NCBI GenBank assembly: GCA_046563655.1
Contig: CM102289.1
Location: 2,604,001 to 2,668,000 of the forward strand
Length of the DNA stretch: 64,000 bases
Origin: Yuukianura sp. NJ FZ-2021
Lineage: Eukaryota
Reading direction: 5' to 3'
This document shows, piece by piece, positions 24,068 through 35,923 of this stretch. The notes under the pieces are model-generated. The model was not told the DNA's origin. It saw nothing but the letters and a program-made list of their open reading frames with translations, and ran no database searches. Positions within the stretch are counted from its first letter, which is position 1, and every line of letters begins with the position of its first letter. The position numbers and the translations under genes are program-made.

Positions 24068-24674
24068 TCATGTATTGTCAACAACGATCATTTGTGCTGC
24101 TCCTGTTCGCATACTTGCTTCCATTGCCATGAGCGTTTGGTTTGTGCTCATGGACATTTGTCTGAGTTTGGAATTGTAACAGTCGTTGTAGTTTCTGAGG
24201 TAATGTCTCAGCGTGCCCCGGATCCCAAGCATGTCTCCTAGAATTTCCTCTTCAAATTGACTGATTATTGCGACTGCCAGACTGAGGTTACCAAAGGACT
24301 CCGAGATGTAGTACCACAAGTAAATGACGCTCGTGATTGGTCTAAACAGGAGAAAGTCCACGAGCACTGTCAATAAACTGATGAGAGTGACGATAATGGA
24401 GATCAGAGATCCAGGCGACGGTAGCCAGAGTGCAATAGATTGAAGATCAACGTAGTTGAAGGCTAGACCTAAAATGTAGAATACCAAAAAGTCCCAAATT
24501 GCGATGAAAGTCTCTATTGTCAAAGGAATGAAATCGGTGACGAAGATGACAGAGTCGATTCCAAACAGGACCAGGCTCACATCTTCGAAAAACATAGTAT
24601 ACCCATCGCAGTTAGAGTCTGTCTGATTTGGATTTCGAAACAGCGATGCAGCCGACGAGTACTCGGATTTTGCA
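24068..24674 (-). CDS. Unknown hydrophobic/membrane protein, paralog 2 (main exon; 5' end uncertain)
   Basis: Frame is open from the acceptor at 24675 (AKSEYSSAASLFRNPNQTDSNCDGYTMFFED...) to the stop at 24068, with clear similarity to paralog 1. A possible first coding exon 24783-24713 would need an unusually short 38-nt intron. Confidence 0.75.
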
Positions 24675-25330
24675 CTAGAAAATAAAAAAATACACAGAAA
24701 TTATTGCCTCACCGCTGGCAAACGTTTCTTGAGCTAACACTTCTGCTGGAAAAGGCCACACAGAATTTTCTCTTGAAAATCATTGCCACGCCTCTCGCAA
24801 TCTTTCTTGGGTTCACAGAATCGCAGAAAAATAAAACGAAAAAATCGCTTTAGAAAATTATTGCTACATCTCTGGAAATGCTTTATGTGAGACTTTGAAG
24901 ACATACGAAGCGTTCCAGTTACCTGTGAGTTGAAGCGAGCGACTTGATTGGCTGACTGAGCAGTGTGATTGGCGTGTAGACTGGAAGTTGAAGAAGAATT
25001 AACAAAACGGGTAACGTGACATGGACAGCACGGGTCATGACGACAGTGGAGATGACCAATTCTGAGCCATGAGATCTTGATCAAGCGACGTTGTCAGGGA
25101 CACTATCAAACTTACAGAAAACGACGAATATTGGTCAGGGTGGACCCTGCTGCTGCTTCATACCTTCGCATTAATCATTTCATTTGTACAAAGCATCTTA
25201 TTGTATGAACTGGCACAAAAAGCCCAACAGATCCTCCATGTACAATCACCACTCCACTCCTCAAGTCCCACACAACAACGCAATTCAAAAAACGAAAGAT
25301 TGTGACCATTTTTTAACAGTTTTAAATCTA

Positions 25331-25338
25331 TGACGTCA
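25331..25338. promoter_or_regulatory. Perfect palindromic cAMP-response element (TGACGTCA)
   Basis: Exact match about 350 bp upstream of the TATAAAA (25684-25690) of the peptide-precursor gene, in the divergent intergenic region. Confidence 0.5.
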
Positions 25339-25813
25339 TGCTCGTAAAACGCGGAAAGTTGAAGCCATCAAGTTTTGTTTTCCAAAAGTTTTATTTCAAT
25401 TACATACAACTACGTTTTTTGAGAAAGTCGATTTTCGTGGCTCATTAGGTTTTATTTTTGTTTTAAATCACTCCCAGTAGTAAGGCTTCAGCCTAAGTAG
25501 GTGGACAAATGAGCAGTTTTGGAATAAGTTTCAAGGGTGGCAAACGCTGAAATTCAAGCTTTCCTGTTTCTCCAATTTCAATTAGAGCTGTGACTATTTC
25601 TTTGATATGGTGACAGTCATGGTAACAAGAAATACGATCAGTTTCTTTCCTTCCTTCTGACGCAGAAGTTCTTTTCACCGGCCTATAAAATAGCCTTGGA
25701 TTCAAGACGTAGATATCAGTCGTCTTCTTGGAATTAAAGTTCCAAATCCAGAGCGAAACACTGAAAAAATACTAAAGTACTAAAAAGTCTTCATTTTAAC
25801 ACAAAAACCGACA

Positions 25814-26513
25814 ATGGTTTTCTCAATCCGAAACGTGTTTTTAGTAGTAATTTTTGTGACATTGGCCGACTTGATTGTAGGAGCAAAACCAATTTTGGAC
25901 CCGGAAGAAATTGAGGCCCTACTCAACTCGGAGGATTACGGTAATTCAACTGAGTAAATAAATTCTGGGCAGTGCCTATGTGAGACTTTGTTTTTTGAAA
26001 AATTTTTAATTTTTAAAATAATGTAAGTTGTGAATTTGTGTTTCTGTTAATAGAGGAAGACGCAGAATTCATTCCCGAGTATATTTGGAAGCGCGGAGGT
26101 TTCTGGGCGTCGCATCCAAGCGACTTCAGTCCGATGCGGAGACCGCCGACTGTGCCGTCCGGCAGCAGCCGAAGCACGAAGCGATCCGAAGACAATCCTT
26201 ACCATCCGCTTCCTCGCAGTGTCAACATCAGTCAGAAAAATCTACGAAGCCAGCAACATGCGGCGACTAATGACGACATGGAGGCTTTGCTTCAAAGTAA
26301 AAATATTGAAATAATATAATTATAATAATATTAATATAATTATAAAAACCAAAATTTTATAACTTATTTTAATTGTATATTAAACTAATTTCTTCATGAT
26401 TATCAGGTCTTCGGGATAAGCGACAAAGTCCAGGAAGTTTTCTTCTGATGAAACTCGGGCGAATGAAAAACGGACAAGCAGATCCCGCTACCCGAGGAAG
26501 GCGCCGAGCTTAA
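25814..26513 (+). CDS. Secreted prepropeptide, candidate neuropeptide precursor, 3 exons, 158 aa
   Basis: Exons 25814-25940, 26054-26296, 26407-26513 in frame. Signal peptide MVFSIRNVFLVVIFVTLADLIVGA, acidic spacer, three KR sites, RR, GR and GRRR. TATA box upstream, AATAAA downstream. Confidence 0.82.
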
Positions 26514-27052
26514 ACTCTCAAAATCTAACAAAAACGAACGAAACTCTAACAAAACACTATTATTTTCCCAATGTTAAACACTTTAATGTAAAATAAAATT
26601 ATGATATGTCCCATTTAATTCTCCGCGGCATCTTCAGTTGTATTTGAATTAAATAAAACGCTTGAAATGATGCAAGATAGACAACTCAAAATTTACAGAG
26701 CCAAAAAATTCTATCGGCGGTAAATAGTTCAACATGAATTGGTACAAATAAATATACTTTTTTGTTTTGCATATTAAAACATAATTTTTTGTTTGAATAA
26801 AGTATAGATAGCTAGGCATCTTTGCGTCGTCTCCTCGAATCTTTCCGAAGAAAGAGAAAGTGCTCTGTAGTGTTCTACCTTCTGGGCAGGACAGATCCAG
26901 TTTGGACCAGAAGCTTAAACATTTTCAAACAAGAAGTTGTTATAATATAGCTAGGCTAGCTTAAACTTTTACTAAACAAAACAAAGGGCAACACAATTTA
27001 AAACGTAGAGTACTTGTTGTAATTTATATTAAAACCTCATAAACCACCAAAA

Positions 27053-30000
27053 ATGGGTCTACAAACTTTCGTTTTTGTGGTTCTCGTACTGCTAACACAA
27101 GGTGAGACTTTCACACCAAAAAATGAATTTAAGAAACTAAAAATGACAATTTCGGCTAAATTTGTTTTTCAATTTTGTGCAATCTAGACCCGGTGAAGGC
27201 AAATCCAGACGCGAAATTACTGTATGACGAGTTGCTTACGGACTACAATCGGCTCATACGACCCATTGCCAATATGTCTGAGAAGTTAACGGTGAAGCTA
27301 GGGCTCAAGCTATCACAATTAATCGACGTGGTGAGAATTTATACCGGTCAATTAAAAAAATCATCAATTCTTGAAGTTTTTTCAGCAAGCTAGCGAGAGG
27401 TACAGAAGTTTTTGCTTAGTTTAAATCCATACTTTCTCCGTCTTTTTCTTTCATTTGATCTGCCGTGTGTATCGATCTTCTACTCTTGTTGTCTACCTTT
27501 TCAAAGTTATTTTCTCGACTCACGGAGCTTCTGAAGACAATGATCTTTTGAGTGCAAACACCCCATGAAATAAAAACACATCAATTTTTGATAACCCGCA
27601 AACAAAGATGCGACTGCGGTTGAGCAGAAAGGAAAGTTTTTTTTAGATTGAAGAAAGTTCCACTATGGCATGGGCCCTAACTTTAAACTTTGACAAATTT
27701 TCTCAACAAAAGTAACTTTCTTTGTTTTTTTTTAGCGTAAATTGCTTAGATTTAAAGCATTTGCGATAGTTTTAGTCACAATTTTGTTCATCTTTTAATT
27801 TTGGAAAAGAATTTGACTCGATTTTTTTTTGCTTAGAATTTGAAGAGTCAAGTAATGACGACTAACGTCTGGGTTGAACAAGTAAGTCCCGATAATGGAG
27901 AATTTGAAATTTATAATTCAATATGCAATTTGAAACTAAAATTTTGGATTTTTTTTTAGAAATGGATGGACTACAAAATGAGTTGGGACCCAAATGAATT
28001 CGGCGGTGTGGAGCAACTTTACGTTCCTTCCGAACACATTTGGCTTCCAGATATCGTATTGTTTAACAAGTAAGAACTTAAACTCAATTAAAATATTTAA
28101 TTTCATTTTGACTAATTTCATAAAATTATGTAATAACGAAATTACCATAATTTTAGTGCTGATGGAAACTATGAAGTCACCCTCATGACAAAGGCTACAC
28201 TACACTACACGGGTGAAGTCGTTTGGAAACCACCAGCCATTTACAAGTCTTCTTGCGAAGTACATCAGCAACTACCATTTTTTAATATCCATAAATTATA
28301 AATTATTTTATTAAATATTACAAACTATGTTATAAATTGATATACTTTATTTTCACTTTTTAGATTAATGTGGAATGGTTTCCATTTGACGAACAAAGTT
28401 GTACAATGAAGTTCGGTTCTTGGACGTACGATGGCTTCCAGGTCAGATATCAACTGTTTGCACTTCGACACTGTGGCATTGCGCACACTTGATTTTATGG
28501 TGACATTTTTTCAGGTTGACCTGCAACATACTGACCAAACTGCTGGAAGCAACTTGGTCCAAGTCGGAATTGACTTGAAGGAGTTCTACTTGTCAGTGGA
28601 GTGGGACATTCTGGAAGTACCCGCTAAACGGAACGAAGAATACTACCCGGGCATCGACGAACCGTTTCCAGGTAAAGTGTTTTGGCGGGAGTCCAGCATA
28701 AATTCACAAATATGAGTAAAATTCGCAATTAGCATTCAATACTTTTGGTACTTGCATTTTTTGAGGTACAGGAGTCCAAAAATCACCAAATTGTGCTTAC
28801 TATGTTCCTCACGCATCCGACTTGGTCAAACTTTTGGCCAATTTGTCTAAAATTTTCAAACCCTACAATGTATTTCTTTATTTGGTAAAGATTGCTACTT
28901 TTCGTAAAAGGAAAATGATAAACTGATATTTAGTCTTTTCAAATTCAAAATTAAAGTAAATCCGGAAGACAAAATTCTCAAAATACGAAATTTACAAAGA
29001 TGTACTGAAGAGCAGACCGATTTGTCATTGGGATATTTGAAATTCTAGAGCCCATTTCTGTTCTGTCAGTTTTTGTCCATTTTGTGCAAAAGTGCAATCA
29101 AAATGAAAGTGATTTCTTAGTCTCGGCAAAGGAATTTCGATCATTTTGATCACTTCCTATTTGGAAAGAGAAGTCGTACTCAAGTAGTAGGCAGGAAAAA
29201 AGAGAAAGTAGCGAGGGAATAGAATCCTTCCTTTGACAAAAACAAAAAATGTCTCCGGAATTGGCGTAATTACACCCATTTGTTACTTTTATGGGAAAAA
29301 CATGCTCAGCCTAACCCAAACTCCAATTTACGCTTAAAACCACTACTACTATGGTATCTTAGGTAGAAAGCCTAACCTAATCTAACATAGCCTGTTTCAC
29401 TTAAGTGCGTGTCCTGAAAGTCTGTGACCACCGAAACGGATCTTTCCAGGACAAGAAAATGTCTTTCAATATATTTGTCTCCTCCGCCTGTCTTTCCATT
29501 TGTCCCGTGTCACTCACAATTTGTTTCCGGTGTATCCTGTACATGTTAGGTCTTCTAACCACCAGCCAAATTGAAACTGGCGAAATCGAATCTAATCAGT
29601 TTGTGGTTGTTGATTTGCAGACATCACGTTCAACTTGACAATGCGACGGAAAACGTTATTCTACACTGTCAATTTGATTATCCCTTGCGTCGGAATTTCG
29701 TTTCTCACGGTGCTCGTTTTCTACCTGCCTTCTGATTCTGGCGAAAAAGTAACCCTCTGCATTTCCATTTTGCTATCACTCACTGTGTTTTTCTTGTTGT
29801 TGGCCGAAATTATTCCACCGACGTCGCTGGCTGTCCCACTTTTGGGCAAGTATCTCCTGTTTACTATGGTGTTGGTGACGCTATCAATCTGTGTCACCGT
29901 GGGCGTTCTCAATGTACATTTTCGGTAAGATGGTCAATACGTTCAGAAGTGTGGACATATTTCTGTAAAGTTAGTCTAACTGTATGATACAGTACAACTC

Positions 30001-33000
30001 CAATTTGGGAAACTCACTCTGATTGGTTCGTTGGTTTAAAAGAATTTCGCGCTTTCTGAGTAGAGTGCATTATTGGAGAAATTATACTGGCTTCCCACAT
30101 GCTCTGATCTCATTCATATGCATTTTTTTCATATTACCAAAAAAAGACTGTTTGATGCGACATTTGTCCGTCTGTCTGACGGTCTGTCACATTTTTTTTA
30201 AACCGATTTTCAAATTTTGTGATCCGACGAATTTTTTTTTATATTTGCTTTTAGTTCTCCATCGACACACAAGATGTCACCTTGGGTGAAGAAAGTGTTT
30301 TTAGATTTCATGCCGCGAATGCTTTGGATGCAGCGACCGGACTACCACCCACGCTATGCCTTTGAAGGCGACTTCCAGACGAGTGACCCTGACAGTGGCA
30401 TGGGATTCGGGTAAGTCTAAGACTTTACGACCCCATTTCTGTTTTTACTCAGCATGTAACCGTTGTTAGGTTAGCCTAACCTAGCCTTATTTGTTGTGAA
30501 ATGACTGTTCCAGATCTCCCCGGAGAGACAGTTACTTTGACAGTAGCCCACGAACCGAGTCAAGTGTGGATCATTCGAGACAAGTGAAGTCTTTCTCCGA
30601 AGAGGCAGGAGGTAACACAACTTTTCCCGAGAGCATTGCGTGACTCACCAAGTTAGGTTTTTATGTTAGGCGTTTGTTAGGGTTGTGCGAATGGCTGCTG
30701 ATTTGAAACTGATGAAAAAGCGCCAATTTCCTAGGAAATAGAAAAATTGGTTCCAATTAATCAATTTGAGAGCTACCGCTTCTAACTTTTGAAACTTTCT
30801 TTTCCCATTACCATAATCTCGTTTCGAAAAACCTAATTTCCAATGCAAATTGTACACAGGACTCAGCCACTCAAGTCACACTGGACGATTTTCACCAGAA
30901 GTTAGCTTCGTGGCTGAAGTTGAGTTGAGAGTCGTTAGTGATAATGGGCTAGGGGCAAATCGCTTAGGTTCAAGCGATTCGGGTTAAACTTTTCAAACTT
31001 TGAAATTGGAGCGCTGAAACTTTTACCGCTAAATTTCAAAATTAAAAATTTCTAATTAACGCCTGCGCGCCTGGAACAGATTCAATACTATCAAATGGAG
31101 AAAACAAAAAGAAAAAAAAACAACTTTTCGTGAAGTTTGTGAAATACTTTATTTTAGTACTGACATAGCTGCAAAAAAATTCCAAAAATTTTTTAAAAGA
31201 TTATTTTTTAAAGGTTTCAAAAAGATCGTTTTTTAAAACTTTTTTATAGGACGACAATACAGTCCGGAAATATTGGCTGCATTGCAGAGTGTACAATACA
31301 TTGCTCAGCATATCAAAGATGAAGACAAGGATAATGAGGTGAGGTTTTTTGAACTATTTTTTGACTTTTTTAAAGTTTTTACTTTCTCCCGCCTTCACTT
31401 TTTTTGAAGTGAAGTGAAAACTTGGATAATCGAGTTACACAGAGTTACAAGTACTGAAACTCAAATGAAAACGCTTTTTACACTCGAATGTATACATTAT
31501 AGTTAAGTTATTCATTAGCACATCAAAGTGAAAATCTCTTTGATATTGGCGCCAAATTAATACAAAGTTTTCATTGCTAAAATTGAATCACTAGAGCTTT
31601 TCTATCTTTTTCATGCTAAAAATTTCCAACAAGCAACTTCTTCACATGTAAATTCACGCGTGTCCAAAAATTTGTGGTGGTATATTTGAACAAATTCAAA
31701 CACAACTACGGCAGCTCTGGTTCATTTTCACCCAATACAACAAATGAGCACTTCAACTTGAAACTTCAAGTGCTTCAAGTAGTATCTTTTATCGGAAAAT
31801 TTTTCTCCGTAATTTATTTTTCTGTGCACTTTTATGCCTTTCGCAGAACGAAACACACAAACCTCGCTAGAAAGTGGCAGAAAAGAACAGTTACCGTAGA
31901 AACAGTGTTGTTAAGACCACAATGGAATAAATTCAGTAGAATTGAACAGACTTTCTCCATTCTCCTTGTCGCTTAATGAGCTCAGAACATGACCGCTACG
32001 GCGTGAAAGTTCAAAAAATACATTGGCGCCTTTCACTTTTTTCTTTCTCCAATTCACATGTCCAAATCTCTTGTACTTTTCTATTTTTGTTTCTTTCGAA
32101 TTATGTTTCGAACCAATTCCAGCAGGAAATGAGCACAAGAGGAAGCGTCGAACTTACTTCAGACGTGATCCATTTTCCCGCTCGTCACGCTTTCAATCCT
32201 AAAGTAACTTCTCGATTTTCAAAACTTTTTTTTTCCTTTTCAAAACATGTATTAACTCTAACTCTAACTTTTCCCGGAGAGCACTAGCCACTTCCAGTTA
32301 AAATTAACGCTTATGCTACAATATTTACTTTAGATGGACTTCAAACTAACTTTTTCTCGCCAAAAGTTACTGTGTTACCGAAAGTCATAGTACTACTACG
32401 CATTAACTAAAGAAAAAAGTATCCTGAGTAAAAAAAAAGTTTGGTTTTGGAAGTTAGCGTATATGGCGGTGTCACTGTGAAAGATTTAACGTGAAGGGTG
32501 GCGGCACTGAATTCATAAATTTTAGTCTCAAGCTCCACTTCAGATTGGAAACTTTTTTTTTCCAAATTCGAATTTTGGAATATCAAGGAATCGAGGGAAA
32601 GCATAGTTTGAGCTCATAAATGAATGCCACTTAAAAAGTTTTCAGCATTTGTCAAATCGCGGGAAAACTTTTCGGCCAGAAACTGTTCGAATTTTGCTAG
32701 TCACCAAACTGATTGCAATTCATCTTAACTTTAGTTACACAACTTTTAGTTAGTTGACAACTACTTTGTCAAGTGGAGAAGTTTATACGCGGGAATTGAA
32801 TAATGGTTCAAATGAACTTTTGGCTCAACTGACGTACCACTCGCATACGATGCTTCATCCGCTCAACAAAATCGGCTTTCAAGTTTTTGATTTAAGTCTT
32901 CTTTTGACAGGAAGTTGGCTCACATTGTTCTAACACCAAAAACGTAGAAAGCTAGACACTACATTCTAGTTCAGAGTTTTAGTGAGACTTTTTTGGATTG

Positions 33001-35923
33001 CTCTAGTCGTAAGAATGCTTTCAGAGACCCATTATGGACTCTGTCCTACTTTATGTCACTTCCAGATGAGAATTTTCATACGCTGGAGACCATGCGGTGG
33101 AACTCGAGAAGAGGTTTAGTATTTCATGTGCGCACATAAATGTCTTCCTGTCGAGAATTGAGCGAAAAGGAAAAGCATTTCAAAATTTTGGAACTAAAAT
33201 TGAAAAGTGGATCTCCTCATGCTATGCTCATGCGCAGTCGAACTTTTGAAAAAGCTTTTATTTGTTATTAATGCAAAGAGCGGATTTCAAAAAATATGGG
33301 TTTGGAGTTGGAATGGGAAGTGGAAATAAACATGACAAGACAAAGGACGCGTGGCGCGGGAACATTTGACAGCCAAGATCATCTTCAACTGTGGTTCTTA
33401 AACATTTCAAAAAATTTCATACATTTCTAAAACTAAATTTTTTTTACTTTCGTTTTTTAAAACCTTCCACTTCAGCATTTATGAGCCTCCAATTATAAAA
33501 AGATACTTAGGACTGGGTATGTTTTGCAGCAAGGCTCTAAACTTCACTTCAGTTTTTTTAAAAAAGGAACAAAATGAAAAGTTGCTCACCAGTAAATAAA
33601 TTTTGTTAGATTTTTACTTCAGTTCAAACTTTTGACACACAAAAAGTACTAAAATTGATCTTCTTTGTTCTTGACTTGACACATTTCATTGTCTCTTGGG
33701 GGTCACTTCCAGGTCACAAAATTTTTTCTGGACCAGTGTCACTTTTGGTCATTTTCTAGAGTCCAACGTTGCTCAGGGCGAACATTGCGAGTCATTTTAT
33801 GGTCCAATCGTAAGATTCATTGCTGAGTATTAAACGGTCGTTTGAAAAGACTAACATCGGCAAAGGCAAGAGAAACAGGAGAAAGTGGACTTGAAATTTT
33901 TCAAATCCGAGTTTTATGAACATTTTATGCTGAGTCGAAATACTTTTCACAAAACTCAAAAAAAGTAGAACAAAAGTCTGAACCAAAAGTTTTTCTTTAT
34001 TCTCGTAAAAATCTGGATGTGAAGGGGCGCGTCGTCATCTTAATTTTTATTCTTTTCTTACAGTTTTCCAAGTCTCCAGGCCACAACAAAGAATTTCAGT
34101 TTCTGAAAAAAAAGTGCAGTTTGAAAAAATTGTTTAAAAGTTCTAAAACTGTTTCAATGGAGACATTTTCCATAACATTTTACAACCCCAAAAGTGACAT
34201 TCAGAGAAAGTTTTAAGGAAGACAAGGAAGTTGCTGGAAGGAAAAGGAACTGAGAGCAGAGACTTTTAATATTACAATTTTGAAAGGACTATTATTAGGA
34301 CAAGGAGAGGAAGGAATAACATGGATGGAGGGGCTCTTCCGGAGAAAAGTCCCGGGTAATATAAAGAAGAAAAAGTGGCGGGTAATATAAAGAGGGAGAA
34401 AGTCTTGGAGTTGACGTTGGGAGTCTGTATGTTAGGTTAGGGAGTTTCTGTGTTAGGTTATGGAAGCTGTACTGCTTTTACTGGAGTCTGCTTGGTTCCG
34501 CTGGAGTAAGCTTTTGGAACTGTAACACTTTCTTTCCTTTGGTTCATGATGCCGCGACGGCTCCTGTATTATTACAACGGATTTCAAACTTTTCCGCCTC
34601 CGCAGACTCCACACCAAGGACCAAAAACCGACGCCCGTCTTCAATTTAAGTTTTATGTGTCCTATTTTTCACTGTGACGTTTTAGTGTTCCCCTTGCTTA
34701 TTATATCCAGCCTCGGGTAGCACGACACTCTCGGACGGAAACTTCCGAACCTGTAGAAGGTCGGGTATTTTCGGGAATTTGCTTAGTTTTGATAAGTTTG
34801 GGCTCTCAAAATGTCCATGAAATTTTGGTTCTTCTTTATCAAGAGATCGGTACTGCAGTTTCCGTTCAAAACCGTCCTGTGCGGTTGCTCAAACATACTT
34901 TCACCGTCCTACCCCGCCTTCCCGCCAAATACTTTCTCTGGTCCTCAAGCCCCTAAGCTTAATGACATTACAAGGAACCGCGGCGGTGCTCAAGTCTTCA
35001 AGCTTAAGGAAAACGCCATCCTTCACTTTTTTGACAGGCGGGGATTGGGTTCTGGAAGTAATTTTCCAGAAGCCTCAAAAGTTTCATTTCGCATGAACCA
35101 CACGGATGTGTTTTACGGTTGACACTGCAATTCCTGAATGCTCATGGACGGAAACTGATGGACGGAAGTGCCAAGAAGCTTTGCCGACGTACAATCCTTA
35201 GGTACAAAAAACTTGGGCTTGCCTATGTACGCCCCTAAGTTTCCGTCCACGAGTGTCCGGTTTACAGTAGGACTTAAACGGTGACTTTGTTGCCGTGAGA
35301 GTTTACACAAACTTCAATTTGGAAGTTCCTGGACATCCTGGAAGAGAAGTACTTAAAGGCTCGTGTGTTCAGATGATAAGTCTATGTTACGTTAGTGCTT
35401 CTGCCACTAACCTAACTTAAGTTCAAAGTAAATAGAATGACAAATAAAGTGTTTAATGGACCTATTGATATTTCCTTGTAGCAAAATATTGACTTAAGGG
35501 AAAGAGCAACAAAGGTTCCCCCATGAACCCCCCATTGACGTTTCCATTACTCTTCCAACTTGTCAACAAACGACTCAAGCACTTTGTCTCATCCATGAGT
35601 GCTTCTCATTCCTCCACATTTGTTTTGTTTTTGAAACTTTTTTTGAAAATCTCGCTTTTGGTCATGTTTTTGAAAGGTTTGTTTTCTCTTTTCAGGTGAT
35701 TGAAGATTGGAAGTTTGTGGCAATGGTGCTGGACAGAATGTTTCTGTACATTTTTACAATGGCTTGCATCATGGGAACTTGTGGAATCATTCTCCAGGCA
35801 CCTTCACTCTACGACACACGCAAGCCCATTGATGAGAAAATGACGACAATCATCTTCGCAAAAATTATGAGCAGAGGCCATGCTGTGCCAATTGACACTG
35901 AACCAACAACCTTACCAGGGTAG
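27053..35923 (+). CDS. nAChRalpha8/beta2: Nicotinic acetylcholine receptor subunit, alpha8/Drosophila beta2 type, no vicinal Cys in loop C, 12 exons, ~519 aa
   Basis: Exons 27053-27101, 27188-27330, 27837-27881, 27960-28069, 28157-28259, 28364-28441, 28515-28671, 29621-29924, 30255-30410, 30514-30611, 31250-31338, 35696-35923 in frame. Cys-loop [65 protein letters not shown]. Confidence 0.9.
30160..30232 (+). mobile_element. DINE-1/HINE-like fragment
   Basis: tgtccgtctgtctgacggtctgtcac microsatellite followed by aaccgattttcaaa core. Confidence 0.35.
35124..35270. mobile_element. Small MITE-like inverted-repeat element
   Basis: Left ...ctcatggacggaaact and right agtttccgtccacgag... are inverted copies. 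The atggacgga motif is shared with the element at 42911. Confidence 0.45.

Noticed and set aside
24713..24783. Arg/Ser-rich N-terminus MIFKRKFCVAFSSRSVSSRNVCQR resembling a mitochondrial presequence
   Set aside because: Requires a 38-nt intron, shorter than any other here, and is not shared with paralog 1.
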